IMG/VR virus record: IMGVR_UViG_2778261506_000006
DNA length: 33,867 nucleotides
Source of the DNA: a virus
Lineage: Duplodnaviria; Heunggongvirae; Uroviricota; Caudoviricetes
Strand: one strand, 5' to 3'
Shown here: piece by piece, positions 1-8,853 of the stretch
How the letters are laid out: the number at the start of each line of letters is the position of its first letter
Numbering within the stretch: position 1 is the first letter of the stretch
Made by a program: the position numbers and the translations under genes
Notes under the pieces: model-generated
The model's input: only the letters and a program-made list of their open reading frames with translations
Told to the model about the DNA's origin: nothing
The model's database searches: none

Positions 1-318
1 ATGAAAAAGATAGCTGCTATATCATTAATTAGTATTTTTATTATGTCTGGTTGTGCTGTGCATAATGATGAGACAAGTATCGGTAAATTTGGTCTTGCAT
101 ATAAAAGTAATATTCAGCGTAAACTCGATAACCAATACTACACCGAAGCCGAAGCTTCTTTAGCCAGGGGTAGAATATCTGGTGCAGAAAATATAGTAAA
201 AAATGATGCAACTCATTTCTGTGTTACTCAGGGCAAAAAAATGCAAATAGTTGAGCTGAAGACAGAAGGTGTAGGATTACATGGTGTCGCTCGTCTGACA
301 TTCAAATGTGGAGAGTGA
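1..318 (+). CDS. yegR: Host small lipoprotein (signal peptide with lipobox-like LISIFIMSGC); position and 105-aa length fit E. coli YegR
   Basis: ATG at 1; N-terminal hydrophobic signal followed by Cys; lies outside the att repeat. yegR symbol is from remembered K-12 gene order (yegQ-ogrK-yegZ-yegR), not a search. Confidence 0.5.
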   Translation: MKKIAAISLISIFIMSGCAVHNDETSIGKFGLAYKSNIQRKLDNQYYTEAEASLARGRISGAENIVKNDATHFCVTQGKKMQIVELKTEGVGLHGVARLTFKCGE

Positions 319-380
319 GAATATTTTTTGGTAAGCGTCAAATATGCGCGTTCTGGCTGTGCGTAGCCGGAACCTGTGGG

Positions 381-413
381 AGCACGATGCCGATAAGTGA
401 AAGGCATCGTGCT
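381..413. repeat. Perfect 11-bp inverted repeat (agcacgatgcc / ggcatcgtgct) with 11-nt loop in host flank downstream of the lipoprotein gene
   Basis: Read directly from sequence; no U-tract follows, so terminator function is uncertain. Confidence 0.4.
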
Positions 414-477
414 ATGAAGGAGGATTCTATCGATGTGGTCAATGGAAGACGGTTACCAGAGATAGGGCTTATGCATA

Positions 478-504
478 AAAAAATAAGCCCGTGTAAGGGA
501 GATT
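478..504. repeat. attL: attL core: 27-bp exact direct repeat aaaaaataagcccgtgtaagggagatt shared with 32335-32361
   Basis: Identical 27-mer at both prophage ends; integrase gene immediately inside. Confidence 0.85.
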
Positions 505-583
505 TAGGGTGTCAACAGTAGGGGCTTTCAACGGTACAATGCGGGTTTGAGCGGCATAAATTACCACTGAAAGCCCTTAAACG

Positions 584-1597
584 TTACTCTACTGTGGACA
601 CTGTGTGGACACTCTCGACCTCAGTACCACCTCTTAGCGGATTAAGAGAAATGGCGTCCTGAAGGTACTCTGGCGCAAAATGAGCGTAAACCATAGTTTG
701 CTCAATCCGCGTGTGACCTAGTATCCGTTGTAGCGTGATAATACTTCCTCCATTAATCATGAAATGAGTGGCAAAGCTGTGCCTTAGTGCATGTGTAGCT
801 TGCCCCATTGGCAAATCCGGTTTTATTGCTTTCATTGTTCGTCTGAAGCGAGGGTAATCAGCATCAGGGAATAAAAAACCTCGTTTGTTATCCGCGATCA
901 TTTTGGCAACAGCCTCTGAGATCGGGACGGTGCGTGGTTTGTTTGTTTTCGTTTTAACAAACGTGACGCGGTTATGGATGATATTTTCTGCTTTCAAACG
1001 AGCTGCTTCTCCCCAACGTGCTCCAGTACTCAGGCAAAGAATCGCAATCTTTTTGTTGTCGCCGTCAAGAGCAGCAAGCAGTAAGGCAATTTCTTCCTGC
1101 GTGAGATAGCCTGTGTCTGGTTTTTCCTCCTTAAGCCTTTTTGTCCCTCTGATAGGGTGCTCACCAAAGAATAACTCCGCTTCAATCAGGGCTGTAAACA
1201 TGCCGCTAATACATGTTAAATCACGATTGATACTCGAAGGTTTAATACCCTGACTTCTTCGGGTGGCGCAGTACTGGCTGATAAGCGATTTCGTAATTTG
1301 AAATGCGCATGGGTCATTCGTTATTTTTGTGAAGATTTCAATTTTTCCAAGATTAGATTTCCCATGCTCTTCGTGTTTACCCTTTAAATCCCACCAGATC
1401 TGTGTCAGCTCCGACAGACGTCGCTTGTCTGTTGGTTTTGATAGCCATTCTTTATTGTGGTGGTTGTACAACGTGTATTTCTCGAAAGCGACAGCTTCGC
1501 TTTTCTTATCAAACTTCCTACGGATGCGTTTTCCATTACGTCCAGTAGGGCGGATGTCCACTTCATATCGACCATCATCGAGTTTTTTGATTGCCAT
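584..1597 (-). CDS. int: Phage integrase, tyrosine recombinase (P2 Int-like, 337 aa)
   Basis: ATG at 1597 (minus); C-terminal recombinase motifs (TGARWGEA, HALRHSFATHF, MVYAHF); adjacent to attL; length equals P2 Int. Confidence 0.93.
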   Translation of the reverse strand: MAIKKLDDGRYEVDIRPTGRNGKRIRRKFDKKSEAVAFEKYTLYNHHNKEWLSKPTDKRRLSELTQIWWDLKGKHEEHGKSNLGKIEIFTKITNDPCAFQITKSLISQYCATRRSQGIKPSSINRDLTCISGMFTALIEAELFFGEHPIRGTKRLKEEKPDTGYLTQEEIALLLAALDGDNKKIAILCLSTGARWGEAARLKAENIIHNRVTFVKTKTNKPRTVPISEAVAKMIADNKRGFLFPDADYPRFRRTMKAIKPDLPMGQATHALRHSFATHFMINGGSIITLQRILGHTRIEQTMVYAHFAPEYLQDAISLNPLRGGTEVESVHTVSTVE

Positions 1598-1712
1598 CAG
1601 AAAACCCTCCGAGTGGTGTGTTTTTTTGCGACTACTAATCGCTTTTTTCGTGGTGGCTGAAATTTAGCCACCAATAGTAGGCACTTGTGATGAATATATT
1701 CACGATGAATTG

Positions 1713-2012
1713 TTAACCAGTCTTTTGACCGGAGTGGGGCGACGTTGTTTCGTTTTGCCCAAAGTGTGCGAGAGCGGGCGCAATTTGCCCGGACTCAGGA
1801 GCGATCTGATTGGTCATGAACCATAAAGTGTATTTGGTGAATTGTGGGGTCTGCAGGATGTTCATCATGACATCTGTTGGAGGTGTTGAACGACCACTTT
1901 CATAGTAACTCAGCGTGCCATACGGAACCCCTGTTAAATCAGCAAGTTGTTGTCTGCTCAAATACTCTGATTTTCGCATTAAGACTATCTTCTCGCTTAT
2001 CGTGTTTGACAT
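1713..2012 (-). CDS. C: Immunity repressor C (99 aa, HTH)
   Basis: 99-aa ORF divergent from cox; HTH-like segment LSRQQLADLTGVPYGTLSYYESG; same size and position as P2 C. Confidence 0.88.
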   Translation of the reverse strand: MSNTISEKIVLMRKSEYLSRQQLADLTGVPYGTLSYYESGRSTPPTDVMMNILQTPQFTKYTLWFMTNQIAPESGQIAPALAHFGQNETTSPHSGQKTG

Positions 2013-2126
2013 GGTGTTTAGATCTCAATAGTATTTAGTTTAGATGTAGATTGTTTAGTGCTTGGATGTGGGCACTAAAAGGCATTATAAGACATTAAAC
2101 GCAATTCATGAGGGCTAGAGGACGAC
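2013..2126. promoter_or_regulatory. Immunity switch region (divergent Pe/Pc promoters) with direct-repeat operators GTTTAGAT at 2016-2023 and 2038-2045 plus partial copy 2053-2058
   Basis: 8-bp direct repeats 22 bp apart (two helical turns) between divergent C and cox starts; P2 C is known to bind direct-repeat operators flanking Pe. Confidence 0.6.
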
Positions 2127-2402
2127 ATGAGCAAGCAAGTAACACTCATGACTGATGCGATTCCTTATCAGGAGTTCGCAAAACTAATAGGAAAATCGAC
2201 AGGAGCGGTTCGTCGGATGATCGATAAAGGAAAGCTGCCTGTAATTGATATGACCGATCCACAATCAGCTTCAGGTCGTGCAGGTGAATATTGGGTATAC
2301 CTTCCGGCATGGAATAACGGACTAAAACTGGCTTATGAAAGCCGCCCTAAAGAGATTCGTGACGGCTGGTTGATGTGGTTAGGTCTCGGTGAACCACGTT
2401 AA
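2127..2402 (+). CDS. cox: Cox: excisionase / repressor of Pc (91 aa)
   Basis: ATG 2127 with SD agagga; 91 aa as in P2 Cox; first gene of early operon. Confidence 0.88.
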   Translation: MSKQVTLMTDAIPYQEFAKLIGKSTGAVRRMIDKGKLPVIDMTDPQSASGRAGEYWVYLPAWNNGLKLAYESRPKEIRDGWLMWLGLGEPR

Positions 2403-2412
2403 GGAGAACCGT

Positions 2413-2583
2413 ATGAATGAGCCTCGTTGTATTGCTCAGTTACTGCGTAACGAAAGCTCCAGGGCGATTGACTTCACCATCACCCACGGTAAGGGGCGTA
2501 AGGGAATCATTATCCGCACCAAAAAACAGAGTCCGTTAAAAAAGGCTCTGACCTTTCTGAAAAGCCGGAGGGTATGGAAATGA
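2413..2583 (+). CDS. Small early protein at the P2 orf78 position (hypothetical)
   Basis: ATG 2413 preceded by AAGGAG (2401-2406); track ORF 2389 begins with GTG. Basic small protein. Confidence 0.55.
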   Translation: MNEPRCIAQLLRNESSRAIDFTITHGKGRKGIIIRTKKQSPLKKALTFLKSRRVWK

Positions 2584-3080
2584 CAGTGATGACGCTCAAT
2601 CTCGTTGAAAAACAGCCAGCAGCTATGCGCCGGATAATTGGCAAGCATCTTGCCGTCCCTCGCTGGCAGGATACATGTGATTATTATAATCAGATGATGG
2701 AGCGCGAACGGCTAACGGTTTGCTTTCATGCACAGTTAAAACAGCGTCACGCAACGATGCGTTTTGAAGAAATGAACGACGTCGAACGTGAACGACTGGT
2801 TTGTGCAATTGATGAATTGCGTGGCGCATTCTCAAAACGCCGTCAGGTTGGTGCAAGTGAGTATGCATATATTAGTTTTTTAACAGTCAGTCAGCGTCGC
2901 ACTTTATTTATGCACGCACGACTGACTGAAAAAGAATTCAACCAGCCATACTGGCGAATTAATGAAGAATCATGTTACTGGCGTGATGCTTTGTTCCGTG
3001 CATTACGTGAATTATTCAGTCTGTTTGAGTATGCACCGACAATTCTGACGTCGGTAAAACCAGAGCAATATCTGCATTAA
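2580..3080 (+). CDS. B: Replication protein B (helicase loader-like); start at 2580 gives 166 aa, alternative ATG at 2574
   Basis: Position after cox/orf78 and length match P2 B. Confidence 0.8.
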   Translation: MTVMTLNLVEKQPAAMRRIIGKHLAVPRWQDTCDYYNQMMERERLTVCFHAQLKQRHATMRFEEMNDVERERLVCAIDELRGAFSKRRQVGASEYAYISFLTVSQRRTLFMHARLTEKEFNQPYWRINEESCYWRDALFRALRELFSLFEYAPTILTSVKPEQYLH

Positions 3081-3143
3081 ATAATTAACCAGAGTTTTTA
3101 ACGCACTTAATCGTGCGGGGCTTCTTTTTGCCTGGAGAAAGTC

Positions 3144-3368
3144 ATGCATACAGTTTCTGAAAATCAGTGCGGTATATACGCATTACTGCTGCAACAGGCC
3201 AGAACCGAAGCACAGGCCGACGCTGCGACGCGCTTTTCTTCTCATCTTGACGCCATGATTCGCCACATCACAAAGGCGGAGTTATCCCGCGTGGAGATAG
3301 TCGAGCTGCTCAGTCAGGAGTCGGAAAAATTTCACAATATCGGATTGTCTCGCGGGAAGGTGCTTTGA
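3144..3368 (+). CDS. Early hypothetical protein (P2 orf80 position)
   Basis: ATG 3144 with SD ggaga; 74 aa; stop overlaps next start (TGATG). Confidence 0.7.
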   Translation: MHTVSENQCGIYALLLQQARTEAQADAATRFSSHLDAMIRHITKAELSRVEIVELLSQESEKFHNIGLSRGKVL

Positions 3369-3670
3369 TGTCCTGTTCTCATTCAGTTGTATTACTGAAT
3401 AACGCCTTAAAAATCGCCGTTATGAAAAATGGCGATTTGTCTCTTATTCAACTTTGTCTTGATAAAGAAAAACGCGACATAACTGAATCTGTTATCGCGA
3501 TTTATCAGAATGAATTAAACCTCCTGTCTGATGTGGTCAATTTACTTGTTAAACGCGCTGTATTCCACAAGCAAATTTCATCCGTGGATGAGCTGACAAA
3601 ATTAACGACAGAAATCGCCAGCTATTGCGCTGATGAATTCAAGAAACTGAACGATAAAAGGAGCTGGTAA
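3368..3670 (+). CDS. Early hypothetical protein (P2 orf81 position)
   Basis: ATG 3368 overlapping upstream stop; track start 3365 is TTG. Confidence 0.7.
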   Translation: MSCSHSVVLLNNALKIAVMKNGDLSLIQLCLDKEKRDITESVIAIYQNELNLLSDVVNLLVKRAVFHKQISSVDELTKLTTEIASYCADEFKKLNDKRSW

Positions 3671-3894
3671 TGCCGGACAACGTAGATTTTATTCAGGAAC
3701 AACAGGCTGAATTACTGGAGCGCCAGATTAACGCGGCAAGGGTAAAACATTGCGGTGTTTCTTCGCTGGTTTGCGAAGAGTGTGATGCGCCAATACCTGC
3801 TGCCCGTCGTGCGGCTTATCCGTCAGCCACGCGTTGTGTTTCCTGTCAGTCAGTCTTTGAAGCAAAAAACAAACATTACCGGAGAACGGCATGA
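3670..3894 (+). CDS. DksA/TraR-type C4 zinc-finger protein (P2 orf82 position)
   Basis: CxxC-x17-CxxC motif (CEECDAP...CVSCQ) in 74-aa ORF; translationally coupled (TAATG). Confidence 0.75.
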   Translation: MPDNVDFIQEQQAELLERQINAARVKHCGVSSLVCEECDAPIPAARRAAYPSATRCVSCQSVFEAKNKHYRRTA

Positions 3895-4166
3895 GTATTC
3901 GTATTGAAATTGGCGAACGTTATGTCGTTACCAGTGACAGCTTTCAGTTTATTCTCCACGAGAAAAAGAGAGCGGAAAGCGGTAAAAACGCCGGTCAGGA
4001 ATGGCTGTCGGTGGTTGGTTATTACCCGAAATTAAGCCAGCTCGTTTCCGGCCTGATGCATCACGATATTCTGACCGGAAGCGCAAAGTCTTTTGCTGAT
4101 TTAAACGCGCAGGTTGAGCAACTCAGCAAGCGTTGTTCAGAGGTTTTTGGCTCATATGGCAGTTAA
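3891..4166 (+). CDS. Early hypothetical protein (P2 orf83 position)
   Basis: ATG 3891 with SD ggaga; 91 aa. Confidence 0.7.
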   Translation: MSIRIEIGERYVVTSDSFQFILHEKKRAESGKNAGQEWLSVVGYYPKLSQLVSGLMHHDILTGSAKSFADLNAQVEQLSKRCSEVFGSYGS

Positions 4167-6432
4167 AGCCTCCGGGCGTTGTGTCCCTCCGTCAGCATTT
4201 GCCGCAGGCACCGGTAAGACGTTTACCGGTGCTTATGCATGGAACGCGCCACGCGAGGCCGTCGGGCGCGAAAGACCCCTTACACGTGACGAGATGCGTC
4301 AGGTGCAAGGTGTTTTATCCACGATTAACCGCCTGCCTTACTTTTTGCGCTCGCTGTTTACTTCACGCTATGACTACATCCGGCGCAATAAAAGCCCGGT
4401 GCACGGGTTTTATTTCCTCACATCCACTTTTCAGCGTCGTTTATGGCCGCGCATTGAGCGTGTGAATCAGCGCCATGAAATGAACACCGACGCGTCGTTA
4501 CTGTTTCTGGCAGAGCGTGACCACTATGCGCGCCTGCCGGGAATGAATGACAAGGAGCTGAAAAAGTTTGCTGCCCGTATCTCATCGCAGCTTTTCATGA
4601 TGTATGAGGAACTCAGCGATGCCTGGGTGGATGCGCATGGCGAAAAAGAATCGCTGTTTACGGATGAGGCGCAGGCTCACCTGTATGGTCATGTTGCTGG
4701 CGCTGCACGTGCTTTCAATATTTCCCCTCTCTACTGGAAAAAATACCGTAAAGGGCAGATGACCACGAGGCAGGCATATTCTGCCATTGCCCGTCTGTTT
4801 AACGATGAGTGGTGGACTCATCAGCTTAAAGGCCAGCGTATGCGCTGGCATGAGGCGTTACTGATTGCTGTCGGGGAGGTCAATAAAGACCGTTCTCCTT
4901 ATGCCAGTAAACATGCCATTCGTGATGTGCGCGCGCGCCGCCAGGCAAATCTGGAATTTCTTAAATCGTGTGACCTTGAAAACAGGGAAACCGGCGAACG
5001 CATCGACCTTATCAGTAAGGTTATGGGCAGTATTTCTAATCCAGAAATTCGCCGGATGGAGCTGATGAACACCATTGCCGGTATTGAGCGTTACGCCGCC
5101 GCAGAGGGTGATGTGGGGATGTTTATCACGCTGACCGCGCCGTCAAAGTATCACCCGACACGTCAGGTCGGAAAAGGCGAAAGTAAAGCCGTCCAGCTAA
5201 ATCACGGCTGGAACGATGAGGCATTTAATCCAAAGGATGCGCAGCGTTATCTCTGCCGCATCTGGAGCCTGATGCGCACGGCATTCAAGGATAATGATTT
5301 ACAGGTCTACGGTTTGCGTGTCGTCGAGCCACACCACGACGGAACGCCGCACTGGCATATGATGCTTTTTTGTAATCCACGCCAGCGTAACCAGATTATT
5401 GAAATCATGCGTCGCTACGCGCTCAAAGAGGATGGCGACGAAAGAGGAGCTGCGCGAAACCGTTTTCAGGCAAAACATCTTAACCGGGGCGGTGCTGCGG
5501 GATATATCGCGAAATACATTTCAAAAAACATCGACGGCTATGCACTGGATGGTCAGCTCGATAACGACACCGGCAGGCCGCTGAAAGACACTGCAGCGGC
5601 TGTTACCGCATGGGCGTCAACGTGGCGCATCCCGCAATTTAAAACGGTTGGCCTGCCGACAATGGGGGCTTACCGTGAACTACGCAAATTGCCTCGCGGC
5701 GTCAGCATTGCTGATGAGTTTGACGAACGCGTTGAGGCTGCACGTGCCGCCGCAGACAGTGGTGATTTTGCGTTGTATATCAGCGCACAGGGTGGGGCAA
5801 ATGTTCCGCGTGATTGCCAGACTGTCAGAGTCGCCCGTAGCCCGTCGGATGACGTTAACGAGTACGAGGAAGAAGTCGAGAGAGTGGTCGGCATTTACGC
5901 GCCGCATCTCGGCGCGCGTCATATTCATATCACCAGAACGACGGACTGGCGCATTGTGCCGAAAGTTCCGGTCGTTGAGCCTTTGACTTTAAAAAGCGGC
6001 ATCGCCGCGCCTCGGAGTCCTGTCAATAACTGTGGAAAGCTCACCGGTGGTGATACTTCGTTACCGGCTCCCACACCTTCTGAGCACGCCGCAGCAGTGC
6101 TTAATCTGGTTGATGACGGTGTTATCGAATGGAATGACACGGAGGTCGTGAGGGCGCTCAGGGGGGCATTAAAACACGACCTGAGAACACCAAATCGTCA
6201 GCAAAGAAACGGAAGCCCGTTAAAACCACATGAAATTGCACCATCGGCCAGACTGACCCGGTCGGAAAGAATGCAAATTACCCGTATCCGCGTTGACCTT
6301 GCTCAGAACGGTATCAGGCCGCAGCGATGGGAGCTTGAGGCGCTGGCGCGTGGCGCGACCGTAAATTATTACGGGAAATCTTTCAATTATCAGGTCGCTG
6401 ATGAGTGGCCTGGATTTTTGTTACCCATTTGA
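4156..6432 (+). CDS. A: Replication initiation protein A (rolling-circle HUH endonuclease); start uncertain (ATG 4156, or TTG 4147 giving 761 aa, or TTG 4114)
   Basis: About 760 aa; HUH-type motif PHWHMMLF and active-site tyrosine region AGYIAKYISKNIDGY; position after orf83. Confidence 0.88.
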   Translation: MAVKASGRCVPPSAFAAGTGKTFTGAYAWNAPREAVGRERPLTRDEMRQVQGVLSTINRLPYFLRSLFTSRYDYIRRNKSPVHGFYFLTSTFQRRLWPRIERVNQRHEMNTDASLLFLAERDHYARLPGMNDKELKKFAARISSQLFMMYEELSDAWVDAHGEKESLFTDEAQAHLYGHVAGAARAFNISPLYWKKYRKGQMTTRQAYSAIARLFNDEWWTHQLKGQRMRWHEALLIAVGEVNKDRSPYASKHAIRDVRARRQANLEFLKSCDLENRETGERIDLISKVMGSISNPEIRRMELMNTIAGIERYAAAEGDVGMFITLTAPSKYHPTRQVGKGESKAVQLNHGWNDEAFNPKDAQRYLCRIWSLMRTAFKDNDLQVYGLRVVEPHHDGTPHWHMMLFCNPRQRNQIIEIMRRYALKEDGDERGAARNRFQAKHLNRGGAAGYIAKYISKNIDGYALDGQLDNDTGRPLKDTAAAVTAWASTWRIPQFKTVGLPTMGAYRELRKLPRGVSIADEFDERVEAARAAADSGDFALYISAQGGANVPRDCQTVRVARSPSDDVNEYEEEVERVVGIYAPHLGARHIHITRTTDWRIVPKVPVVEPLTLKSGIAAPRSPVNNCGKLTGGDTSLPAPTPSEHAAAVLNLVDDGVIEWNDTEVVRALRGALKHDLRTPNRQQRNGSPLKPHEIAPSARLTRSERMQITRIRVDLAQNGIRPQRWELEALARGATVNYYGKSFNYQVADEWPGFLLPI

Positions 6433-6692
6433 GTAAAAATGCAGCGTGATTTTATATGCCTTTGAATGGATTATGCGAAGCGCCTCTAAGGCAGATGAGG
6501 AGCAATAGCATGCTGAAGTAGAAGGCTAAATTGTATTGAATCGCTAGCATGTAATTTAAGGCAGCTATTTGATTCGAGTCATAAAAGAGCATCTATTTCG
6601 GCTAATAAAACCATTGCGAGTGACCTTTTGTCGAAGCATAATTCATCTCGAGCGAAGTCTTGCTAGTCTTTCATCGGAATGATGACAGGCGC

Positions 6693-6722
6693 AAAAAAAC
6701 CACCCTGGCAGGTGGTTTTTTT
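6693..6722. terminator. Bidirectional rho-independent terminator (A7-ccaccc-tggca-ggtgg-T7)
   Basis: GC stem flanked by A-run upstream and T-run downstream; downstream of gene A (+) and of the small minus-strand ORF. Confidence 0.7.
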
Positions 6723-6734
6723 GTTTGAAGCATA

Positions 6735-6848
6735 CTAAAGAATAATACTTACATGGATATTACTGACGTTTACTGACAAACCACTTGGACTACCATATGG
6801 ATAGCCAAAGAGGGCCAGAACGAGAATGCAGTAATAGCACTTCTTCAT
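6735..6848 (-). CDS. Putative 37-aa hydrophobic small protein (MKKCYYCILVLALFGYPYGSPSGLSVNVSNIHVSIIL)
   Basis: ATG at 6848 (minus) preceded by AGGAGGAG; ends just before the bidirectional terminator; not in the supplied track (below 60 aa). Confidence 0.35.
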   Translation of the reverse strand: MKKCYYCILVLALFGYPYGSPSGLSVNVSNIHVSIIL

Positions 6849-7418
6849 ATCTCCTCCTGTAAGCAGAGGGCAATTTCCGCCGATATATGCGCTTCTAAGG
6901 CGGAGTTACTATTTAGCGAAGTCTTGCCCTGAAATAATGCTCTGTTTAAACGCAAAGTGATCTGGCATATCACCGAACAGAGAGCCTGAACAACACAACA
7001 TATAGTATGTCGTTGTTTCTGGTTGCATTTTATGTTGTGTAATACTGGTTTTGCATCAAGGATGTTTGAGCTTTTTTTGATATAGCTCAAAGTAAAAAGC
7101 AGGGACTACGGATGATAAGGTATTGAAAGCAATGTAAATTTTTTAAAGTTATTGGTGGCTAAAAAATGCACGATTTCAATATGGCGGACTTAAATAAGCA
7201 ATTAAAAAAGTCATAAATATCACTAAAATCATGGTGTTACGTTTTTTGTGGGAGCTGCGGTGACGCTTAAGTTGATTTGTCATTAAATAAGCCGTGCATG
7301 CAACAAGTGAATGTTTTTGCATGCGTCGGGGATGCCCGTTCCCGCTGCTTGCGGTCAGAGCTGGTGCGGATCCATAGTATCTATGCAACTGCATTAAAAC
7401 CGCCACATGAAGCGGGCG

Positions 7419-7437
7419 GGCGAGGCGGGGAAAGCAC
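7419..7437. other. cos: cos site: 19-nt P2 cohesive-end sequence GGCGAGGCGGGGAAAGCAC
   Basis: Exact match to the P2/P4 cohesive end as I remember it; lies between A and Q as expected for a P2 prophage. Confidence 0.65.
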
Positions 7438-7473
7438 CGCGCGTAAGATAAACAGAAGAGCGAAGGATTATGG

Positions 7474-7528
7474 TTGAGTATTTGTGTTTTTGTACATATG
7501 ATAAAAAGGTGTTTACGCTTAAAAACAC
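7474..7528 (+). promoter_or_regulatory. Candidate sigma70 promoter for the cargo cassette (-35 TTGAGT 7474-7479, 17-bp spacer, -10 TATGAT 7497-7502) with inverted repeat GTGTTT-N8-AAACAC (7509-7528) before the RBS
   Basis: Read from sequence; hexamers and spacing are near consensus; untested. Confidence 0.3.
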
Positions 7529-7543
7529 ATCAAAGGAGATGAT

Positions 7544-8845
7544 ATGGAAAATATAAAGATTGATAAGTTTCTCACTATTCAAAAAGTTGATATTCCTCTT
7601 AAGAAAGTGAATATATTTATTGGGCCTCAGGCACAGGGGAAAAGTGTCATTGCAAAGCTAATAAAATATTTTAAAGATTATCCTATGGATATACTACGAG
7701 CTTCAACAGAGGGTAAAACTAAAAGAGACATATTGAAGGAGCAAAAGAATAAGTTTAGTAAAATTTTCCCTCAGCAGTATTGGGCTGATGATGAGTTTTT
7801 TATTGAGTATAGTAATAAGCACTATTGGGTGCGGATTACTAATCGAAAAAATAGCAAAGGGTCATTGAAAATAGCCCTTTCTGAGAATTTAACGAAGACG
7901 ATTGCTAAACTTCGTTTGATTGTACGAAAGGATTTAGATGAAAATATTGAGAATTCACTTGCAGAAAGCGTTACGAGAAGACGTAAACGCGGAATTGAAC
8001 ATGAATTGCGAGTATGTCTTTCTCTAGGATTGTTTTCAGAACCAGAAACAAAGCTTGAAAGTGTTTTTTATATCCCCGCAGGGCGCTCTTTTTTTGCTAA
8101 TTTGCAAAAAAATGTGTTTTCATTTTTATCCAGTAGTATAGAAATTGACTACTTTTTGACAGAGTTTGGTTCTCTGTATGAACAAACAAAAAAATTATTT
8201 AACCAAGATTACATGATTAGGATGCTTAGGGGGGCTGTGCCTCAACATGTTAATAAACTTGTGGAGGAGTTGATTTGCGGAAAATATATAACAGAAAAGG
8301 GTGAGGATTTTATTCGTCATGCTGCTAAGAAGACGAATCTTAACAACTCGAGCTCAGGGCAGCAAGAAGCGTTACCAATGGCTTTAATGTTATCCTCATG
8401 GCCGTATTTACAGTCTATGACTAGTAAGAGTTTTATTATTGAGGAGCCGGAGGCTCATCTGTTTCCTTCTGCCCAAGCAAAAGTTGTATCTTTAATAGCC
8501 TCAGCGTATAACCAAGCAGAAAGCTATTGTAGCTATACAATAACAACACATAGTCCATATATTCTAAGTGCCTTCAATAATTTGATTCAAGCAGGTAATG
8601 CATTGAAGTGTATTAAGGGCAAGAATAATACCGATATCGAACGCTTATATAAGCTTGTTCCAGAGTCTCAAATTATTGATTTTGATGATGTGACAGCTTA
8701 TATGGTTAATGCTGGGAAAGTGACGGAAATACTGGATTCCGAACTAAATATATTAGATGCGAATGAAATAGATAGGATTTCCTCTATTTTTTCAGAGACT
8801 TTTGATGCATTGATTGATATCGAATATTCGGCTACTGTGAATTAG
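7544..8845 (+). CDS. AAA15/ABC-type ATPase (OLD/AriA/PtuA-like N-terminal ATPase fold), 433 aa; candidate defence-system ATPase
   Basis: Walker A GPQAQGKS, signature-like LSSGQQEALPMALML, Walker B/D-loop FIIEEPEAHLFP, H-loop TTHSPYIL; strong SD AAGGAG 5 nt before ATG; AT-rich relative to phage core. Confidence 0.8.
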   Translation: MENIKIDKFLTIQKVDIPLKKVNIFIGPQAQGKSVIAKLIKYFKDYPMDILRASTEGKTKRDILKEQKNKFSKIFPQQYWADDEFFIEYSNKHYWVRITNRKNSKGSLKIALSENLTKTIAKLRLIVRKDLDENIENSLAESVTRRRKRGIEHELRVCLSLGLFSEPETKLESVFYIPAGRSFFANLQKNVFSFLSSSIEIDYFLTEFGSLYEQTKKLFNQDYMIRMLRGAVPQHVNKLVEELICGKYITEKGEDFIRHAAKKTNLNNSSSGQQEALPMALMLSSWPYLQSMTSKSFIIEEPEAHLFPSAQAKVVSLIASAYNQAESYCSYTITTHSPYILSAFNNLIQAGNALKCIKGKNNTDIERLYKLVPESQIIDFDDVTAYMVNAGKVTEILDSELNILDANEIDRISSIFSETFDALIDIEYSATVN

Positions 8846-8853
8846 GTGATTGA

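Noticed and set aside
306-521. 71-aa ORF spanning the host/prophage junction
   Set aside because: Crosses the attL core, has no convincing RBS and no recognisable features; likely spurious.
400-600. tRNA gene at the attachment site
   Set aside because: No cloverleaf-like sequence recognised next to either att copy; P2-type integration here seems intergenic rather than into a tRNA.
4133-4465. 110-aa ORF in alternate frame inside gene A
   Set aside because: Fully embedded in the A coding region; starts with TTG; shadow ORF.
6845-7406. Minus-strand ORFs 6845-7090 and 7176-7406 in the A-to-cos spacer
   Set aside because: Start with non-ATG codons, low-complexity products, no RBS; more likely non-coding remnant DNA.
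6433-7418. Presence of P2 tin or old genes
   Set aside because: No ORF of suitable length and no ATPase or TOPRIM motifs in this interval; they appear to be absent.
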